Origin: Nanobdellota archaeon
GTDB taxonomy: Archaea; Nanobdellota; Nanobdellia; Woesearchaeales; WJIZ01
Reading direction: 5' to 3'
Assembly: GCA_030647105.1 (NCBI GenBank)
Contig: JAUSJW010000003.1
Coordinates: 1 to 39,678 of the forward strand
Length of the DNA: 39,678 nt
Below are positions 35,025 to 39,678 of this stretch, one piece after another. Position numbers and translations under genes: made by a program. Positions within the stretch are counted from its first letter, which is position 1; each line of letters starts with the position of its first letter. The notes beneath the pieces were generated by a model that searched no databases, was not told where the DNA came from, and worked only from the letters and a program-made list of their open reading frames with translations.

Positions 35025-36251
35025 TCATTTGATGAACCTCAGCGCGTCAACGGGGTTTTTCCTGGCCGCTTTCATCGCGGGAAAGATTCCGGCGAATAAT
35101 CCGAGGCTAAAGGAGAATAGCAGCGCTCCGAAGATAAGGCCGAGGCTCACCTGCGCCTGAATCAGTTCGGAGCCAAGGAAAATCCCGCCGAGGAACGCGA
35201 GGCCATAAGCTAGTCCAAGCCCCAGCAGCACGCCGACAACTCCCCCCAATAGGCCCAGCAATCCCGATTCGATGAAGAAGAGGATGAAAATCATGCTGTT
35301 CTTCGCGCCAACGGCCTTCATGATGCCAATCTCTTTCGTCCGCTCGAGAACTGCTGTGTACATCGTGTTCAAAATCCCGATTCCGCCGACCACAATCGAG
35401 ATGCTCGCGATGATATAGACGAAAAGCTGCACCGCGAAGAGCGTGCTGTTCAGCGTGTCGAGCGTTTGCTGCGGCGAGCTCACTTCGAAATCCTCCTCGC
35501 CCTTGTCCACGCCCCGCTCCTTGCGCAGCAGGGTCTCGAGGTTCTCTTTCACAGTTTCGACGTTCTTGACGTCGCCAACCTTCACGGCAATCAGGTTCAC
35601 GGTCTCATCGCCCTGCCGGAAGAGGTCTTTGAGCTCCCCTTCGTTGATGGCGACTGAGCCGTCGAAAATGAAGCTGCCTTTCTTTTTGAGAATCCCGACG
35701 ACATCAAAATCATGCCCCTGGAACGAGAAGGCGTCGCCGACGCGCATTGCCCTGCCAAACATCTCCTTCTCAGCGAAGTCCGCTCCCACGACCACCTTGC
35801 CGCGGTCGCCGTCCTTGAGCGCCCGCCCTTGTTCGACTTCGAGGTTGAGCATGCGCTCGAACGTTTTCCTGTCCTGCCCTTCGGGGACGCTGTAGGCCAT
35901 CCCGATGCTCTGCCGGTCGTTGAACTCGAACGTTCCCGATTCCAGATAGCGATTGAAGGCTGCCTCAACTCCAGAAATACGCGCCACCTTGTCTACCAGC
36001 TTGTCGGTGAGGGGCGTCACGACAGCGGTCCCTGGAGGCCCCGCGAAATTGAGGCCGGAAGCCTGGACGCTTAAGACATCGGGGCCGAGGAATCCGAATT
36101 GACCGCTAATCGCCGTGCGCAATCCCTCGCCCAGGCCGATAAGCGAGACGACGGTCGCGATGCCGATGAAAATCCCAATCATCGTCAGGTACGTTCGCGT
36201 CTTTCTTTTCGTCAGGCTGTTCGAGGCGAGCTTGAGATAGTCAAGCAGCAT
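35025..36251 (-). CDS. ABC transporter permease, MacB/FtsX family
   Basis: Start moved to 36251 (MLLDYLKL); RTYLTMIGIFIGI, LERTKEIGIMKAVGA, NPVDALR. Confidence 0.93.
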   Translation of the reverse strand: MLLDYLKLASNSLTKRKTRTYLTMIGIFIGIATVVSLIGLGEGLRTAISGQFGFLGPDVLSVQASGLNFAGPPGTAVVTPLTDKLVDKVARISGVEAAFNRYLESGTFEFNDRQSIGMAYSVPEGQDRKTFERMLNLEVEQGRALKDGDRGKVVVGADFAEKEMFGRAMRVGDAFSFQGHDFDVVGILKKKGSFIFDGSVAINEGELKDLFRQGDETVNLIAVKVGDVKNVETVKENLETLLRKERGVDKGEEDFEVSSPQQTLDTLNSTLFAVQLFVYIIASISIVVGGIGILNTMYTAVLERTKEIGIMKAVGAKNSMIFILFFIESGLLGLLGGVVGVLLGLGLAYGLAFLGGIFLGSELIQAQVSLGLIFGALLFSFSLGLFAGIFPAMKAARKNPVDALRFIK

Positions 36252-37482
36252 GATGCTTCTTCTTCCTCTTGCGGTGGATGTAGAACGCCACGCCTGCGCC
36301 GATGATGAGGATGACAATAAGTACACCCACCCACGCGCTGCCTCCCTGGCGCTTGGTATCGGTTCGCGCGCTTAGAACCACGTCGCGCTCATAGAGCTTC
36401 CCGTTGGCGTCGCGGTACTCAGCGTGCAGGGGCAGGTCGATGGTTCCATCTTTCCCGTCGGTGACAAGAATCGGGAACTCTGCGGTCTCGTAGTCGTCCG
36501 AGTCCAGTTCGCCGATGTAGACCTCTTTGTTTCCGAGCAGGTCAAACTCCTGCGTCTCCTTCAGGGTAACAGTCAGGAACTTGACGTCGCTAAAGCCCTT
36601 GTTCACGAACTTGAAGGCTATCGTCCCCTCGGCTCCCCGTTTGGCGGTCGAGCTGTCAATGCTGATACTGACATCCGGCGCGGCGTCCACGACCAACCCC
36701 ACAATCCCTATTCGGGTGGAATTCTTTCCAGAGGTATCCGCGTAGCCGAGCGTGAATGGCACCTTGTAAGCTTGGGAAGCGGCGTCCGCGTCCGTGAAGA
36801 GGTCGAAGGAGAGCGTCGCGCTCTTGCCCGCGTCGATGCGGTTCAGCGTTTTTTCGTTGCTCGAGCCGATAGGAGTGAACGGCAAAGTCTTTTCCGTGAA
36901 CCCTGTCGTGCTCGTATACACTTTATAGAGCTCGAGGTTGAGTTTCACGTCTGTAATCGCCGACCCGGCGAAATTGTCGATGGTGAACACAACCTTGCTT
37001 GTGCTTCCAGGAGCCAGCGGGGAAGGGGAGGCGGATATTTTGCTGATGCCAACAGCGGCCTGTCGAGAGCGCACGGTCAGAGGATAATCGCCTTCCTTCA
37101 CCCAGGGGCCGTTCGCGAAGCGATACCAGAGCTCAATTTCATTTTCACCGGGCGCCGCGCTGGCGTCCACAAGAAGCGTGAACTTCACGCGCACTCCTAA
37201 ATCCGCGGTCTGCCGGGAAGCGAGCGTGCCGATGCGCTTCGCGCCTTGGCTTGCGTCGTACAGCGTGAAGGGGTATTTGGGCACGACCTTCACTTCCATG
37301 TCGCGGGCGGGCTCCCCGCCGTCGTTCTCGACGCGGAACTGCACGTCCACCGTATCTCCAGGCGCGGCGGGGTCTGGCTCCTGATTGATGAGTGTTGCGT
37401 TGATGTCGGGGCTGCTGATGATCGCGGCTTGCGCCGTGACTGCCATAAGCAGTATCAGTACTACTATTCCAAATGGTTTCAT
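36241..37482 (-). CDS. Secreted S-layer-domain (COG1361-like) protein with a C-terminal membrane anchor
   Basis: Signal peptide, repeated Ig-like beta segments (QEPDPAAPG, YIGELDSDDYETA), C-terminal TM plus basic tail. Typical position within an archaeal MacB-type ABC operon. Confidence 0.8.
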   Translation of the reverse strand: MKPFGIVVLILLMAVTAQAAIISSPDINATLINQEPDPAAPGDTVDVQFRVENDGGEPARDMEVKVVPKYPFTLYDASQGAKRIGTLASRQTADLGVRVKFTLLVDASAAPGENEIELWYRFANGPWVKEGDYPLTVRSRQAAVGISKISASPSPLAPGSTSKVVFTIDNFAGSAITDVKLNLELYKVYTSTTGFTEKTLPFTPIGSSNEKTLNRIDAGKSATLSFDLFTDADAASQAYKVPFTLGYADTSGKNSTRIGIVGLVVDAAPDVSISIDSSTAKRGAEGTIAFKFVNKGFSDVKFLTVTLKETQEFDLLGNKEVYIGELDSDDYETAEFPILVTDGKDGTIDLPLHAEYRDANGKLYERDVVLSARTDTKRQGGSAWVGVLIVILIIGAGVAFYIHRKRKKKHHAA

Positions 37483-38165
37483 CGTTTTTCCCTCTTAAGG
37501 ACTTGTCCGTCTTTCAGGAACTCGATGCGGTCCGCGTTTCGGGCGGTGGCCTCATCGTGCGTCACTAGGATAATCGTTCTTCCCTCTTTCTCGTGCAATT
37601 TGCGCAAAAAATCCATCACCGTGTGCCCCGTTTTCGAATCCAGATTGCCCGTCGGCTCGTCAGCGAGGATGACTTCGGGGTCGTTCGCCAGGCTCCGCGC
37701 GATAGCGACGCGCTGCTGCTGCCCGCCGGAAAGCTCCGTCGGCTTGTGGTGCATCCGCTCTCCCAATTCGACAAGCTCGAGGAGCTGCCTTGCTTTCGCG
37801 AGCCTCTTCTCTTTTGGGATGTTCTGGAACACCATGGGCAGAGCCACGTTCTCCAGCGCCGTCAGCGTGTTGATGAGGTTGAACTGCTGAAAGATGAATC
37901 CGATTTTCTTGCCGCGGATGCGCGCGAGCTGGCTTTCCGACATCAGCGCGATGTCCTTTCCTTCGAGAAAAATGTGTCCGCGTGTGGGAACGTCAAGGCA
38001 GCCAATCATGTTCATCGCCGTGCTCTTGCCGCTTCCGGAAGGCCCCATGATGGCGACGAATTCGCCCTGCCCAACCTTGAAATCAAGCCCTTTGAGCGCA
38101 GGCACTTCAACGTCTCCCATCTTGTAAATCTTCCAGACATCGGCAAGCTCAAGGATGGTTTTCAT
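37479..38165 (-). CDS. ABC transporter ATP-binding protein (LolD/MacB family)
   Basis: GPSGSGKS, LSGGQQQRVAIAR, LADEPTGNLD, VTHD. Confidence 0.97.
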   Translation of the reverse strand: MKTILELADVWKIYKMGDVEVPALKGLDFKVGQGEFVAIMGPSGSGKSTAMNMIGCLDVPTRGHIFLEGKDIALMSESQLARIRGKKIGFIFQQFNLINTLTALENVALPMVFQNIPKEKRLAKARQLLELVELGERMHHKPTELSGGQQQRVAIARSLANDPEVILADEPTGNLDSKTGHTVMDFLRKLHEKEGRTIILVTHDEATARNADRIEFLKDGQVLKREKR

Positions 38166-38281
38166 GACTGGTAATGGGTTCCCCCCACCCTTAAATACCT
38201 TGCTCTCGATTTAAGCTTTTCGCCAGCGGGAACAAGGAAAAAAATCAAGAGAAAAAAGAAGAAAAATTCTAAAAAAAGCGT

Positions 38282-39676
38282 TTACGAGGAGCCGCTGGCG
38301 AACAGCTTCGCGAACCAGTTCATCACTTTTTGCAGGAAGCCCTGGCTGACGCATTGGCTGTTGACGCACAGGTTGCTGCCACATTCGTAGCTGTTCTGGC
38401 AGCTCGCGTCGCCCTCCTTCTGCGCGCTCATGCCGTTGAAGGCGTCGCAGTAGCGCTTCTCACCGTTCGCGATGCGCGTGCCGATGGGCAGGCATCTGCC
38501 GTCGACAAAGCACCCGTCGCAGGTCGCCTTGATTTGCGCTTCATCAGTCTCCTTGACACAAATCCATGCGTTGCCTCCCTCAGGCAAGTCGTATCCGGTG
38601 AACTGTAAATCCAGTCCCGCTACCGTTTGCCGCTTGCCAAGCGAAAGCTCGGCGCTTTCCCTGCCGCCGGTTCCTGAAACAACAACCTTGATACCATCGT
38701 CTTCAAAATCATCGACCGTGAGGCCATAGGTCCCTTGAATCACGGCGCCGGGAATCTCAAGTTGTCCGGTAACGGTTCTGCTCTCTCCTTCCTTCCAAGG
38801 CCGCATGCCGTCGCACCAGTTGGGGCGCTCGGGAGTCTGGGGGGGCATGATTTTTATGGGGGGAGTTCTGCCACTTCCAGTATCGGAATCCCTGCACAAT
38901 CCATCATACGCAACTTTTACCCCGCCGTCTCTCGAAGCGACACAGGCGTTGCAGTAGCTCTTCTCGTCAGTCCCACAAACGCCAGGGCAATCAGCGGTGC
39001 AAATTGTCCTTTGATCGCATGCGCCTTTGCTGACCGTTCTGATTCCCGCCGCTTTAGCCATGCATGCGTTCGAATAGGTCTTGCCGTCAGACCCGCAGAC
39101 CGGATCGTAATCTGTGGTGCAGACGATGCTGGGGTTGGGGGTCGGGGCTTCCTTGCCTTGGGCGCGCTTGATGGCGTCAATGAAGACGTTCAGTTGCACA
39201 GCTCCGCTGACCTTCTCGCCGTTGATGAAGAAGGCGGGCGTTCCGTCCACGCCAGCTTTCTGGCCCTTGCGAATGTCCGCGTCTACGGTCGCGGCAGTGC
39301 TGCTGTCTGAGATGCAGGACTGGAATTTCTGGGTATCAAGTCCAGCATCTTTCGCGTAATCAAGCAAGTCCTCATCAGAAAGCTCATCCTGGTTCTCGAA
39401 GAGCCGGTCCGCGTACTTGTGGAGTCGGCCCTGCTGTTCCGCGCACTCGGATGCGATGGCCGCTGCCCTCGCCCGCGGATGTATCTCTGACAGGGGGAAG
39501 TGAATCATATTGAAGCTTACTAGGCCTGTGTCCAGATACTTTTCCTTCACCGTAGGATACACATCTTCATACCAGCGAGCGCAGTAGGGGCACTCGAAGT
39601 CGACAAACATGTCTATGGTCACGAAACTCACGGGCGTCGTGGACACTTCTTTTCGGCACTCGCCGTCGCGGCACAC
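38282..39676 (-). CDS. DsbA-family thioredoxin domain fused to two Kazal domains and a Cys-rich C-terminus (5'-partial)
   Basis: DFECPYC, HFPL..IH, GVDGTPAFFING; Kazal CTTDYDPVCGSDGKTYSNAC and CTADCPGVCGTDEKSYCNAC. ORF runs off the window edge. Confidence 0.85.
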   Translation of the reverse strand: MCRDGECRKEVSTTPVSFVTIDMFVDFECPYCARWYEDVYPTVKEKYLDTGLVSFNMIHFPLSEIHPRARAAAIASECAEQQGRLHKYADRLFENQDELSDEDLLDYAKDAGLDTQKFQSCISDSSTAATVDADIRKGQKAGVDGTPAFFINGEKVSGAVQLNVFIDAIKRAQGKEAPTPNPSIVCTTDYDPVCGSDGKTYSNACMAKAAGIRTVSKGACDQRTICTADCPGVCGTDEKSYCNACVASRDGGVKVAYDGLCRDSDTGSGRTPPIKIMPPQTPERPNWCDGMRPWKEGESRTVTGQLEIPGAVIQGTYGLTVDDFEDDGIKVVVSGTGGRESAELSLGKRQTVAGLDLQFTGYDLPEGGNAWICVKETDEAQIKATCDGCFVDGRCLPIGTRIANGEKRYCDAFNGMSAQKEGDASCQNSYECGSNLCVNSQCVSQGFLQKVMNWFAKLFASGSS

Positions 39677-39678
39677 CA

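Noticed and set aside
34065-35348. 35-bp identical repeat at 34065-34099 and 35314-35348
   Set aside because: It encodes the conserved LERTKEIGIMKA motif of two paralogous permeases; it is not a mobile-element or CRISPR repeat.
1-39678. CRISPR array, IS/transposase, rRNA
   Set aside because: No regularly spaced repeats, transposase motifs or rRNA-like sequence were seen.

Overview
A ~40 kb stretch of an archaeal chromosome, most consistent with a DPANN (Woesearchaeota-like) genome. The support is archaeal DnaG, the RIO1-KH-top6B-top6A cluster, ABCE1, TrmI, intron-containing tRNAs, TATA-box promoters, many apparently leaderless genes and GGTGA Shine-Dalgarno sites. Core genes are interleaved with bacterial-type metabolic genes (tdh-kbl, glmS, pepN, a class Ic ribonucleotide reductase operon nrdR-nrdA-nrdB) and with single divergent accessory genes (motif-altered MAT, prephenate dehydratase, IMPDH/GMPR and kinase homologues). 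Most notable observations: (1) a bacterial NrdR regulon with four NrdR boxes in two 31-bp-spaced pairs around an archaeal TATA promoter; (2) two unannotated, highly structured RNA candidates, a ~150-nt rod upstream of dnaG and a ~260-nt multi-stem element between ABCE1 and a membrane gene; (3) an ABCE1 lacking exactly the four ligands of one [4Fe-4S] cluster; (4) a tRNA-Arg with a non-canonical 28/29 intron; (5) two regulator-linked clusters of orphan tandem paralogues; (6) a hidden RelE-like toxin remnant. No CRISPR array, transposase, integrase or reverse transcriptase was seen. All calls come from reading motifs by eye; no database search or folding program was run.
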